This document shows positions 34,409 through 43,257 of a DNA stretch of 64,000 nucleotides, piece by piece (positions within the stretch are counted from its first letter, which is position 1; the number at the start of each line of letters is the position of its first letter). The notes under the pieces are model-generated. The model was not told where the DNA came from and ran no database searches. It was given only the letters and a program-made list of their open reading frames with translations. The translations under genes and the position numbers were made by a program. The DNA is from Clostridia bacterium (lineage in GTDB: Bacteria; Bacillota; Clostridia; Oscillospirales; CAG-272). The DNA is taken from assembly GCA_017455185.1 (NCBI GenBank), contig JAFTBN010000017.1, forward strand, positions 10,430 through 74,429, written 5' to 3'.

Positions 34409-35146
34409 TCAACGCCTTTTCTTCTTTTCCGGTTCGGGGTGCTCGGCCATGTATTTTTCATACAAATCCGGCCGTCGTTCCCGGGTCCGCTCCAGAGACT
34501 GCTCAAGTCTCCAGCGGTCAACCTTGGCGTGGTCGCCGTTCAAAAGCACTTCCGGCACGCTCCTGTCATGAAACACAGCCGGTTTTGTATATTGCGGATA
34601 TTCCAGAAGGCCCGAGGAAATGCTCTCCTCCTCGTGGCATTTCGGATCCGAAAGCACTCCGGGAACCAAACGCGCCACCGCGTCAACCAGAATGCAGGCC
34701 GGAATCTCCCCGCCGGTCAGAACGTAATCCCCGATGGAGATTTCCTCGTCCACCAGTTCGTCGATGATCCGCTGGTCGATGCCCTCATAATGGCCGCACA
34801 GAAGAATGAGGCCGTCGTAATCCGCCAACTCCTTTGCCTTGCTCTGGGTCAGGAGACTTCCGGCGGGAGAAAGATAAATCACCCGGCTCGTGCCGGTAAA
34901 ACCGTCCTGCGCCCGATCCCGCTTTACGCCCTGAAAGCAATTGTATAAAGGCGGTGCGGCCATCAGCATTCCCATGCCCCCGCCGTATGTCGTATCATCC
35001 ACCCTGTGATGCTTGTCCGTGGAATAGTCCCGGATCTGATGCGTCTTGATGGTGATGGCGCCGCTTTTGCATGCGCGGCCGATGATGCTCTCACCCAAAA
35101 CGGCGGAAACCAGGTCGGGAAACAAGGTCAGAATATCAAATCTCAT
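34409..35146 (-). CDS. trmD: tRNA (guanine37-N1)-methyltransferase
   Basis: MRFDILTLFPD..., a trefoil-knot SAM region (LLCGHYEGIDQR, SIGDYVLTGGE). Confidence 0.97.
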   Translation of the reverse strand: MRFDILTLFPDLVSAVLGESIIGRACKSGAITIKTHQIRDYSTDKHHRVDDTTYGGGMGMLMAAPPLYNCFQGVKRDRAQDGFTGTSRVIYLSPAGSLLTQSKAKELADYDGLILLCGHYEGIDQRIIDELVDEEISIGDYVLTGGEIPACILVDAVARLVPGVLSDPKCHEEESISSGLLEYPQYTKPAVFHDRSVPEVLLNGDHAKVDRWRLEQSLERTRERRPDLYEKYMAEHPEPEKKKRR

Positions 35147-35658
35147 GTTTCGCTCTCATCGTCCATCAAACCGGGAATCGGGGTGATCCATACGGTATCG
35201 TCCTCAATCCGGGAAAGAAATTCCGGAACAGCCGGAATCATTCGTTCGGTGTTATGCACCAGGACGACCAGAAGGTCCTGGGCGCCCCGGTTTTCAATCC
35301 GGGCAATCGGGCCATAGTCTTTTCCAGTCCGTTCATCCCTGGCATGCATACCGATGACATCCTCAAGAAAAAACTGATGATCATCCAGTTCGAAATCTTC
35401 CCGGCTGGCATAAAGACTGGCCCCTTTGAGCGCAAGCACCTGTTCCTCCGTGGTGATATCCGACAAGGTGGCGATCACCATATTCTTGAAAACGGAAGCC
35501 TGAAGCACCTTATGCGGTTCATAGGTCTGCCCGACTTTCAGGTAGACCGTTCCCAATGAAGCGAGCGACTCGGGTGTGTCGCACAGATTCAAAAGCTTCA
35601 TTCCGCCCCTGAATCCGTGAGCACTTGCGACCTTTGCGCATTCCAAATACTCATTCAT
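35143..35658 (-). CDS. rimM: 16S rRNA processing protein RimM
   Basis: The start was moved to ATG 35658 (MNEYLECAKVASAHGFRGGMKL); the track extension is basic junk. It has a PRC barrel C-terminus and a 4-nt overlap with trmD. Confidence 0.9.
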   Translation of the reverse strand: MNEYLECAKVASAHGFRGGMKLLNLCDTPESLASLGTVYLKVGQTYEPHKVLQASVFKNMVIATLSDITTEEQVLALKGASLYASREDFELDDHQFFLEDVIGMHARDERTGKDYGPIARIENRGAQDLLVVLVHNTERMIPAVPEFLSRIEDDTVWITPIPGLMDDESET

Positions 35659-35716
35659 CCGTACATACCGCCTGACTCTGTTTTCTTTCGGCCGCTTTGA
35701 CCGTTTCAATCGTTTT

Positions 35717-35745
35717 ATTTTACCATTTCTTATCTCTTTTTTCAA
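35717..35745 (-). promoter_or_regulatory. sigma-A type promoter of rimM-trmD
   Basis: On the minus strand: TTGAAA, 17-nt spacer, TAAAAT. It lies about 60 nt upstream of the rimM ATG. Confidence 0.45.
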
Positions 35746-35885
35746 TCCCCATTGCGAAATGAGGCCAAAAAAACAGCGTGTCCTTAAAGGACGGGCAAAC
35801 CGATTCACAAATATTAATTGCTATTATATCATAGAGATGATTCACTGTAAACCATTGTGAGAAGAAGGATTTTTGAGCGTATCTC

Positions 35886-35914
35886 TTGAAATCCGGGCTG
35901 TTTTGATGTATACT
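35886..35914 (+). promoter_or_regulatory. sigma-A type promoter of yajC
   Basis: TTGAAA, 17-nt spacer, TATACT. Confidence 0.55.
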
Positions 35915-35948
35915 GAAAAACAGAAAAAGGAAGAAGGAGCTCAATTCT

Positions 35949-36365
35949 ATGTCTGATTGGTTGTCTTCAAACGGCACAATGCTTGGCACAATTGCCCTTG
36001 TTGTCGTATTTGCCGTTGTCATGTATTTTTTCGCAATCCGTCCGCAACGGAAGCAGGAGCGAGAAGCCGCTGAAATGCGAAACAAACTCGAGGTCGGCGA
36101 TGAAATCACCACCATCGGCGGCATCATCGGAAAAGTTGTCAGCATCCGGGATGAAACACTGGTTCTGGAAACCAGCCACGACCGGACCCGCATCCGCATT
36201 CTGAAAACCGCCATCCGCAGCGTTGACGTAAGAGTCAGCGAAGAAGCAGCAGCTGAAGCGGCAAAGAAGGAAGTGGCCGAAACAAAGGACAAGGATACTG
36301 TTCCCGTTGAATCTGCCCCTGTGCAGGAAAACGACGGCGCCAAGTCCAAGAAAAAGAACAAATAA
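35949..36365 (+). CDS. yajC: preprotein translocase subunit YajC (with charged C-terminal extension)
   Basis: It has a TM plus the IRPQRKQEREAAEMRNKLEVGDEITTIGGIIGKVVSI signature. About 45 extra E/A/K-rich residues follow. Confidence 0.9.
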   Translation: MSDWLSSNGTMLGTIALVVVFAVVMYFFAIRPQRKQEREAAEMRNKLEVGDEITTIGGIIGKVVSIRDETLVLETSHDRTRIRILKTAIRSVDVRVSEEAAAEAAKKEVAETKDKDTVPVESAPVQENDGAKSKKKNK

Positions 36366-36389
36366 CAAGCAATGTTCCATTGCGATGAA

Positions 36390-36420
36390 CAGAGGCATGC
36401 CGTCGGCATGCCTCTGTTTT
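36390..36420 (+). terminator. terminator after yajC
   Basis: CAGAGGCATGCC-gtc-GGCATGCCTCTG (12-bp perfect stem) followed by TTTT. Confidence 0.8.
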
Positions 36421-37144
36421 ATTCCACCTGTGCCTTTTTGATCCGTTTTTTCATGCGGCGGACATCCCGAATCATCCGGAACGAATCCGAAAACACATGT
36501 ACGGTCGATTCCCTGTGATTGATAATCTTGACCGGCATTTCAAAGAAGCGGTATCCGAACTTCTGTGCCCAGAGAATCGCTTCGAAATCAAAGGCAAAAC
36601 GGTCGACCTCGCAGCGGGAGAAAATCCGTTTTGCAGCCTCCCGGCGGAACGCCTTGCATCCACATTGCGAGTCCGAGAGTTTCAACCCGCCTGCCAGACC
36701 CAAAAACTTAATATAAACCTTGGAAGCGATTTTCCGGATCAGGGTATACCCCTCGTATCCGTCTTTGTTGATGTTCCTGGAACCGGTCAGAATATCCACC
36801 TCGGGCCTTGCGTCCAGTTCCCGGACTGCCCTTTGTACGACTTCGGTTCCGTAGGCAAGGTCCGCATCGGTAAACATGATGATGTCCCCCTGGGCTTCCA
36901 TCATACCGGTCCGCACCGCGTATCCCTTTCCGTGGTTCGGTTCATACCGGATGACCCGGACCGAATGTGTCTCATCCGTCACAATCCGGGCAGCACAGTC
37001 GTCCGAACTTCCGTCATCCACAAACAGAATCTCGTATTGGTCCGGACCGAAATACCGGTCCAGGTCGGTAAGCAAAGTCTTTTGAGTCTGTTCGATAATC
37101 GAGGACTCGTTGTACATCGGAATCACCAAAGAAAGATGTTTCAT
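36419..37144 (-). CDS. family 2 glycosyltransferase (polyprenyl-phosphate glycosyltransferase-like)
   Basis: 241 aa with LSLVIPMYNE, VDDGSSD and the DxD motif in FTDADL. Confidence 0.88.
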   Translation of the reverse strand: MKHLSLVIPMYNESSIIEQTQKTLLTDLDRYFGPDQYEILFVDDGSSDDCAARIVTDETHSVRVIRYEPNHGKGYAVRTGMMEAQGDIIMFTDADLAYGTEVVQRAVRELDARPEVDILTGSRNINKDGYEGYTLIRKIASKVYIKFLGLAGGLKLSDSQCGCKAFRREAAKRIFSRCEVDRFAFDFEAILWAQKFGYRFFEMPVKIINHRESTVHVFSDSFRMIRDVRRMKKRIKKAQVE

Positions 37145-37158
37145 CGTATCACCCGCCC

Positions 37159-38004
37159 TTACGTATCTTTTTGATACACATACAAATCAAATTCAACTTC
37201 GGTCTGAAGGGTCTGCAATCCCTTCAGTTTCTCCCGGTCCGCCTCACGGGTACGCCAGAAATACGGCGTCATTTCAAACAGGGCGGAAATGCGTTCTTCA
37301 CCCTCTACCTCAATCCGATCCGAAATCCGTTTCTTGAAGAGGAGTTGTCTGTCCTGCGGCAAATCCCGTCTTTCCTCATTCAAGTAGGGATGTTCGTACA
37401 GAAGCCGTTTCAGTCCCAAAAGATGCCCGGGGCCTGCGGCCGCCAGAACCAGCACGCCGCCAGGTTCGAGAACGCGGAAAAACTCTTCTTCGTCGCACGG
37501 AGCAAAAACAGACGTGACAAGCGAAAAGGTTCGGTCGTAGAACGGCAGGTCTGACACCGATGCCACAGCGTAGCAAACCCGTCCCGCCGCAAGTCTTTTT
37601 GCCTCCTTTGCAGCATGATCTACCGCATATTTGGACAAATCCACTCCGAAAAAGAAGGAATCCGGACAGGCCGAGGCCATCGCGTTGGTATAATACCCTT
37701 CTCCGCACCCCGCATCCAGCGCCGCCTTTCCGGGGGCCAGGTATGTTTGGGACAATCGGACCAATTCCTGTCTGAGCGAGCGGTACGGGTCAAGTTCAAA
37801 AAAAGTGCTTCTGGCCCATACGGCTTCCTTGGAATCTCCCGTTGCGCTTTGCTTTTGTGACAGATTCACATACCCGCTGCGAGCCAGATCAAAGACGTGC
37901 GCCTTTTTTGCATCGCACACAAGGCTCTTTCCCATCTTCAGACTCATCCTGCCCCCGCACACAGGGCAGCGATATCCGCTCATGAAATTGACGCTATCCA
38001 TCAA
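37159..38004 (-). CDS. RlmA-like 23S rRNA (guanine-N1)-methyltransferase family protein
   Basis: N-terminal zinc ribbon YRCPVCGG...LVCDAKKAHVFDLARSGYVNL, then the class I SAM motif LDAGCGEGYY. The start overlaps the sortase stop (ATGA). Confidence 0.85.
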   Translation of the reverse strand: MMDSVNFMSGYRCPVCGGRMSLKMGKSLVCDAKKAHVFDLARSGYVNLSQKQSATGDSKEAVWARSTFFELDPYRSLRQELVRLSQTYLAPGKAALDAGCGEGYYTNAMASACPDSFFFGVDLSKYAVDHAAKEAKRLAAGRVCYAVASVSDLPFYDRTFSLVTSVFAPCDEEEFFRVLEPGGVLVLAAAGPGHLLGLKRLLYEHPYLNEERRDLPQDRQLLFKKRISDRIEVEGEERISALFEMTPYFWRTREADREKLKGLQTLQTEVEFDLYVYQKDT

Positions 38005-39218
38005 TATTCAATATGGTCCAGGACCGCATGCAAAGCGAGCCGTCCGTCTTTGAGGGAGGTCGTGCAGGTAGAAAACGTCAGGATCCGGTCGCTCGGATAG
38101 AATTGGAGATTCTTGCTCCACTTGGAATCCGCCTGAAGCTGCTCAAAATACTGAATTTTCTCTTCATCGGATCCGAAATCTACGCGACGATAGTCCTCGT
38201 CCGCTTCCACTTCATAAACGGAAAACAGTTCATATACGTATATGGCATCGAGGGTATACATCCGGATGGACACATAAGAGGAGGAATCCTCCTGCCCGGC
38301 CAATCCCTTTGTCCCCAAAAATACGTTCTTGGATTTGGCTATGACATGCAAGCGATGGAACATCTGGCCGCTGAGCATATTGTGCCCGTAGAGAATCACA
38401 TTTTGGTTGACCTCATACGGATCGATGCTCCGGTAGTCGGTAAAAATAGAACCCGGACCCGGATTGCGGTAGACCTTGTTGATATCCCGGTACAGATAAA
38501 AATCATTGTCTTCCGCTCGCATCACCGGATAGCTGATTACATACGGATTGGTCTGGTTGGGAATGCGGATTTCGCAATACACATAGGCCCAGACATCCGG
38601 ATTCTGTTTTTTCAGAGACAGCAGCATTTCCCGCATACTCAGAAATTCCTGCGAATGTTCAATCGGAGGTTCGGTTTGCTTTTCTGTCTGTTTCTCGGTT
38701 TGCTTTTCTGTTTGTTTTTCTGTCTGCTTTTCGGTTTCTTTTTCGGTCTGCTTCTCGGTCTCGGTTGCTTTTTCGGTTTCAGCGGGCCGTTCGGTCTGTT
38801 TCTCGGTCTCAACCGGCGGTTCTGTTTCGACGGCGGTTTCCTTTTCGGTTTCCCTCTGTGTTTCTACCGGTTCAACCGCTGCCGTATCCGATTCCTTTTC
38901 GGTCTGGGATTCGGTCTGCGGACCCGACGTCTCGGTCTGCCGATCCGTTTCCGCGGACGCGGTTGATTCACCCTTGGGTTCGGTTTCCTTTACGCCGGCA
39001 GATGTTTCGTCCTGCCCTCTTTGCCAGATGACCTTTTTGGTCTCCGTTTCCCCGCTGTTCAGAATGGATTCCACGTCCGATTGCACCTGATTGTAACCCT
39101 TTTGTGCCTGATGATTGGCAACAACCGAACGGATTATCATCGTCAGACTGAAAGCGAACACCAGAGTGCTCACAACCAGAACGACCACAATCAAGGGTGA
39201 AAAAGGTTTTTTTGCCAT
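38001..39218 (-). CDS. srtB: class B sortase with long low-complexity linker
   Basis: N-terminal TM, a linker of about 130 aa rich in T/E/K/Q, then the SrtB core: ISYPVMRAEDNDFYLYRD, GSIFTDYR, ILYGHNMLSGQMFHRL and the catalytic LTFSTC. Confidence 0.85.
   Translation of the reverse strand: MAKKPFSPLIVVVLVVSTLVFAFSLTMIIRSVVANHQAQKGYNQVQSDVESILNSGETETKKVIWQRGQDETSAGVKETEPKGESTASAETDRQTETSGPQTESQTEKESDTAAVEPVETQRETEKETAVETEPPVETEKQTERPAETEKATETEKQTEKETEKQTEKQTEKQTEKQTEKQTEPPIEHSQEFLSMREMLLSLKKQNPDVWAYVYCEIRIPNQTNPYVISYPVMRAEDNDFYLYRDINKVYRNPGPGSIFTDYRSIDPYEVNQNVILYGHNMLSGQMFHRLHVIAKSKNVFLGTKGLAGQEDSSSYVSIRMYTLDAIYVYELFSVYEVEADEDYRRVDFGSDEEKIQYFEQLQADSKWSKNLQFYPSDRILTFSTCTTSLKDGRLALHAVLDHIEY
38661..38807 (-). 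repeat. in-frame 12-nt tandem repeats (EKQT/EKET/EKAT units) inside srtB
   Basis: The plus strand reads TTCGGTTTGCTT / TTCTGTCTGTTT / CTCGGTTTGCTT / TTCTGTTTGTTT / TTCTGTCTGCTT and so on. It translates on the minus strand to ...TEKQTEKQTEKQTEKQTEKQTE. The copies differ at synonymous positions. Confidence 0.85.
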
Positions 39219-39321
39219 CGGTCTACTCCTTTACGTCATCCAAAGGGAGGCATTTCTTCCCACGAAAATCGTTATCATTATACTCTGTTTGAACGGAAAG
39301 TCAATCAAATCCGTCCACGGC

Positions 39322-40887
39322 TCATTCGTCCTTTTGCCCTTCTCCATCCTGTTTCAATTCAAACCAGAATGTGGAACCCTGTCCCACTTTGCTTTCGACA
39401 CCGAAACCGGCGCTGTGTGCCTGAAGGATTTCTTTGACAATCGACAGACCCAGTCCCGTTCCGACCATCGCCCGGCGGTGCACGCGGTCCACTTTGTAAT
39501 ACCGGTCCCAGATCAGCGGAATCTGTTCGGGCCCGATTCCGTCTCCTGTGTCGGTCACCATAATCCGCACCAGATCCCCCCGGATTGTCTGCCGGATGGT
39601 AATCGTTTTATCTTCGCCCGTATAATTGAAGGCGTTGTTGAGAAGATTGTATACCACCTGCATAATCATCACCCGGTCCGCAACGACGTACGCATCCCTG
39701 TCGTATTCAAAAGACAGCACATATTTCTGCTGTTCCAGGAACTTGATATAGCGCTGCGTCATGCTCCGGATCTCTCCCGTCAGGTTGAACCGCTCCACGA
39801 CCGGTTCCCTCGTACCGTTTTGGAGGCGGGAAAGGTCCAGAAGATCGTTCACAAGTTCGGACATGTGCGTTGCTTCGTCGATGATGACCTGCATGTTCTC
39901 GGGCGTGTTCTCGCCCGGCAGATCCCGGATGACTTCGGCATATCCCTTGATCATGGTGATGGGCGTGCGCAAATCGTGGGAGATGTTGGCAATCAGTTCT
40001 TTCTGAAGCCCGTCGATTTTGGACAGTTCCTGGGACGCATAAGTCAGGGAGTTTCCGAGTTCCCGGACTTCCCTGTACCCTTTCCCGGTAAAGTCCGCGT
40101 CGTACCGGCCGCGCGCCAGCTCTTTAGCCGCCTGATTCATTTTGACGATCGGTTCGGAAATGTATCGGGACAGGAACACCGCCACAAGCGTACCGACGGC
40201 CAGAATAAACGCGAAGACAAAACCCAACTGCTGCAAAAGCGTCCGTCTTGTCGCGTCCACCGGATTCAGTCTGATGTTCAGAATCAGCATATAGGTCTTG
40301 CCGCCTTTGTCAAACACGTGCACATAGACGGCGCTTCGTTCGGTCTTTCTGGAAAAGAACGGCATGACTTGTTCTTCCCATCTGGGAGCCGTCTCACCTT
40401 CCGACTGATAAGGTTCTTCTTTCGGCGGAAGCCTTATGTCGATTTCTTCCTCCACGTTCTCGGTCCGCTTTTCGATATACAGTCCGTTTTTGGACTGAAC
40501 GGCACATTGGTAATAGTAGTTGAAATCGTCCCCTTTGATCCCGTAAATCCGAACTCCCGTATTGACCCAGGAGATCATTTGGACAAACGTAACCCCGTTC
40601 TCCACTTCACACAGAATGGCATTCAGATCGTGTTTGTTTGCGTAATCATGAAACAATTCGGTAAAATTGACCTCGTTCCATCCTTCCTGGATGTGACTGT
40701 CCATGCTTTTCGCTTCCCGGATCCGGCTTCCTTCATAAAAGACATCGAGCAAAAGAATCTGAAAGACAAAGACTGCCAGCAGGACAACCAGGCAAAACAA
40801 GGCCACGACAAAGGCTGTCTTGGCCGAAATCCCCCATTCTGTTCCGGGGCGCTTTCTGTTCTTTTTCTTTGTTTTCCGTTCAGTCAA
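39322..40887 (-). CDS. two-component sensor histidine kinase
   Basis: 521 aa with two TM segments flanking an extracytoplasmic loop of about 170 aa, and a HAMP domain. It has the H-box ISHDLRTPITMIKGY, the N-box LLNNAFNYT and G-boxes DTGDGI / GTGLGLSIV. Confidence 0.93.
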   Translation of the reverse strand: MTERKTKKKNRKRPGTEWGISAKTAFVVALFCLVVLLAVFVFQILLLDVFYEGSRIREAKSMDSHIQEGWNEVNFTELFHDYANKHDLNAILCEVENGVTFVQMISWVNTGVRIYGIKGDDFNYYYQCAVQSKNGLYIEKRTENVEEEIDIRLPPKEEPYQSEGETAPRWEEQVMPFFSRKTERSAVYVHVFDKGGKTYMLILNIRLNPVDATRRTLLQQLGFVFAFILAVGTLVAVFLSRYISEPIVKMNQAAKELARGRYDADFTGKGYREVRELGNSLTYASQELSKIDGLQKELIANISHDLRTPITMIKGYAEVIRDLPGENTPENMQVIIDEATHMSELVNDLLDLSRLQNGTREPVVERFNLTGEIRSMTQRYIKFLEQQKYVLSFEYDRDAYVVADRVMIMQVVYNLLNNAFNYTGEDKTITIRQTIRGDLVRIMVTDTGDGIGPEQIPLIWDRYYKVDRVHRRAMVGTGLGLSIVKEILQAHSAGFGVESKVGQGSTFWFELKQDGEGQKDE

Positions 40888-41569
40888 ACCGATACCCCAC
40901 GCCCCGAAGCGTTACGATGTGTGAACTGTATTTTCCGAGGGATTTGCGGAGCAGTTTGATGTGCGTGTCCAGCGTACGGGCATCCCCGTAAAAATCATAC
41001 CCCCACACTTCACTGAGCAGTTTTTCCCTGGAAAGAGCAATGTTCTGATTGTCAATCATGTAAAACAGCAAATCGTATTCCTTGGGAGACAAAACTGCGG
41101 CTTCATTGTCCAGATAGACAGCTCGGGCCGTAAGATCCACCTTCAGGCCGCCGTTGTCAAACACCAAAACCCGGTTTTTCGCTTTCTGCAATTCCCCGCC
41201 TGACTGGGACCTGGTCCTTTTCATAATGGCGTCAATGCGCAGCATCAGTTCCTTGGGAGAAAAGGGCTTGACCACATAATCGTCCACACCGATTTCAAAC
41301 CCGTTGATCTTGTCGTATTCTTCCCCCCTGGCCGAAAGCATAATGATCGGTGTATTGTGCTCCTTGCGGATTTCGCGCGCAGCGGAAAACCCGTCCAGTT
41401 CAGGCATCATAATATCCATGATAATCAGGTCATACTGATTCTTTCTGCACAGCAGGACGGCTTCCATTCCGTCCGCCGCCTCGGTCACCTGGTGCCCTTC
41501 AAATTCGGCATATTTTCGTATCAGGGAACGAATTCGGATTTCGTCATCCACAACCAACAGATGATACAT
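40880..41569 (-). CDS. OmpR/PhoB-family response regulator
   Basis: The start was moved to ATG 41569 (MYHLLVVDDE). The receiver Asp is in LIIMDIMMPELDG, with a winged helix (TLDTHIKLLRKSL...LRGVGYRF). It overlaps the kinase start by 8 nt. Confidence 0.93.
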   Translation of the reverse strand: MYHLLVVDDEIRIRSLIRKYAEFEGHQVTEAADGMEAVLLCRKNQYDLIIMDIMMPELDGFSAAREIRKEHNTPIIMLSARGEEYDKINGFEIGVDDYVVKPFSPKELMLRIDAIMKRTRSQSGGELQKAKNRVLVFDNGGLKVDLTARAVYLDNEAAVLSPKEYDLLFYMIDNQNIALSREKLLSEVWGYDFYGDARTLDTHIKLLRKSLGKYSSHIVTLRGVGYRFD

Positions 41570-41681
41570 AACGACACCTGCCTTTCCTTTTATGATTATG
41601 ACATTTTTTGCCCGGATTGTCAAGAATCAAACACAGGGCAGGACGTGCTCACCGCACCTCCTGCCCTTTCCAGACACTGTT

Positions 41682-43055
41682 TCAGTTGGATTTCACATAG
41701 TCCGGAACGTATTCCTGAACGGTCAGAGTCACCTCAACCTTCTTTCCGGAGCGGTCAATGACAAAAGTCAGCTCATCGCCGATTTTTGAATTCATCAGAA
41801 TCCGTTTGTATACATCCAGCGAACCGATTTCGGTTCCGTTGACCGAAACCAGACGGTCGCCCCGCTTGAGATCTTCACTCAGTGTGGAGTTGTATACATA
41901 AACCCCCGTGTTGGTCGATTTGAAATAGCGGTAGGCGGTAATCTGGCTGGTCACGTCGATCAGCTCCAGCCCGTCGTCCGGAATGCCTCTTACATATCCA
42001 TACTCCATCAGATCGCATATGACGTCATAAACTGTATCCGAAGGAATGGCAAATCCGATGCCCTCCACTTCCTCAGAAGTGTATTTCGCATTGACGATGC
42101 CGATCAGCTGACCCGCCATGTTGAACAGACCGCCGCCCGAGTTGCCCGGGTTAATCGCCGCATTGGTCTGGAGAAGCTTCAGGATTTTGTTGTCCACCGA
42201 AACACTCCTTGCGGTCGAACTGATAATTCCGTTGGTTACGGTTCCGCCCAAAGAACCCAGCGGGTTCCCGATTGCCAGGACTTCCTCTCCAAGGACCAGA
42301 TCGGCTGAGCAGCCCAGGGTTGCCACCGTAAGTTCACGGGTCGGTTCAATCTGAATCAGCGCCAGATCGTTCGATTCGGCCATACCCTTGATGACGGCGC
42401 TGTATTTCGTCCCGTCCGTCAGGGTGACGTAGATGGTCTCCGCGCCTTCAATGACATGGTAGTTGGTCACGATGTACCCGTCGGAACTGATGATGACTCC
42501 GCTCCCGGCGCCGCTGGTCACATACGGAATGCCCCATGAACTGGTTGCGGTCGCCGTAACGGATATTTCGACCACGGAATCCTTGACTAAAGCCACCACT
42601 TCCGCATAGGAACCGAGCGCATTATCTCCGGCCGAACCGGTTGCCTGGCTGACGGTTTCAAGCGGTTCGGTCTTTTCCACCGAAATATCGCCCAGCTTTT
42701 CGCCGATATTCACTTTGGTTCCATTCAAGCCGGTATCATCGGACTGTCTTTCTTCCTTTCTGTTCGAAGATAAAATCGCATTCAGATATTGGTGAAAAGC
42801 GCGGGAAAACAGATTTACAGCCACGGTTGCGATGATGGCAACGAGCAGGATGACCGCCACGGATACAATCCATACGGTTTTGACGGCAGAAGACGGTTTT
42901 TTCTTCTTTTTTACCGGAGGCTGGTTCGGTTCATACCACATTCCCTGACCGCCCTCATCCGTTGTATAGCGGATGCCCTGGTCAAACTCGTTCTTTTCAT
43001 CCGTCTCATTCTCAAACTGTTCATTCTTTTCTTCATCTGAAGTCTGGTTTGACAT
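41682..43055 (-). CDS. htrA: HtrA/DegP-family membrane-anchored serine protease with PDZ domain
   Basis: 457 aa with an N-terminal cytoplasmic region and a TM. The triad contexts are TNYHVI, NDLALIQI and GNSGGGLFN, with a C-terminal PDZ. GGAGGG RBS. Confidence 0.93.
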   Translation of the reverse strand: MSNQTSDEEKNEQFENETDEKNEFDQGIRYTTDEGGQGMWYEPNQPPVKKKKKPSSAVKTVWIVSVAVILLVAIIATVAVNLFSRAFHQYLNAILSSNRKEERQSDDTGLNGTKVNIGEKLGDISVEKTEPLETVSQATGSAGDNALGSYAEVVALVKDSVVEISVTATATSSWGIPYVTSGAGSGVIISSDGYIVTNYHVIEGAETIYVTLTDGTKYSAVIKGMAESNDLALIQIEPTRELTVATLGCSADLVLGEEVLAIGNPLGSLGGTVTNGIISSTARSVSVDNKILKLLQTNAAINPGNSGGGLFNMAGQLIGIVNAKYTSEEVEGIGFAIPSDTVYDVICDLMEYGYVRGIPDDGLELIDVTSQITAYRYFKSTNTGVYVYNSTLSEDLKRGDRLVSVNGTEIGSLDVYKRILMNSKIGDELTFVIDRSGKKVEVTLTVQEYVPDYVKSN

Positions 43056-43169
43056 ATTGGAGTCCCTCCTTTTTTATTCTGTTTTCCATTATACGCCCCC
43101 AATGTGAAAACTGGATGAAAGAATTTGAATAAAAAGCGAACAATCCATGTCCTCTGTGACCATTATCAC

Positions 43170-43198
43170 TTGACAGATTCTGACCCAAGTTATAGAAT
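43170..43198 (+). promoter_or_regulatory. sigma-A type promoter of the 721-aa lipoprotein gene
   Basis: TTGACA, 17-nt spacer, TAGAAT. Confidence 0.5.
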
Positions 43199-43257
43199 AC
43201 AAATAAGAACACAAACCGTGTTTAAATCGGAAGGAGATTGGCTTTGCCAAAGAAATT

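Noticed and set aside
35767-35795. A7 run plus GTCC-ttaaa-GGAC hairpin, read on the minus strand as a terminator between a TGaTATAAT-like box (about 35828) and rimM. It could suggest a mini-transcript or attenuator.
   Set aside because: The stem is only 4-5 bp and weak. A better promoter for rimM (TTGAAA-17-TAAAAT at 35717-35745) lies downstream of it, so no attenuator is needed to explain the region.
38661-38807. A regularly spaced short repeat array that could look like a CRISPR or minisatellite.
   Set aside because: The period is 12 nt with no spacers. It is in frame inside srtB and translates to EKQT-type units. No cas genes are present and the repeats are not palindromic.
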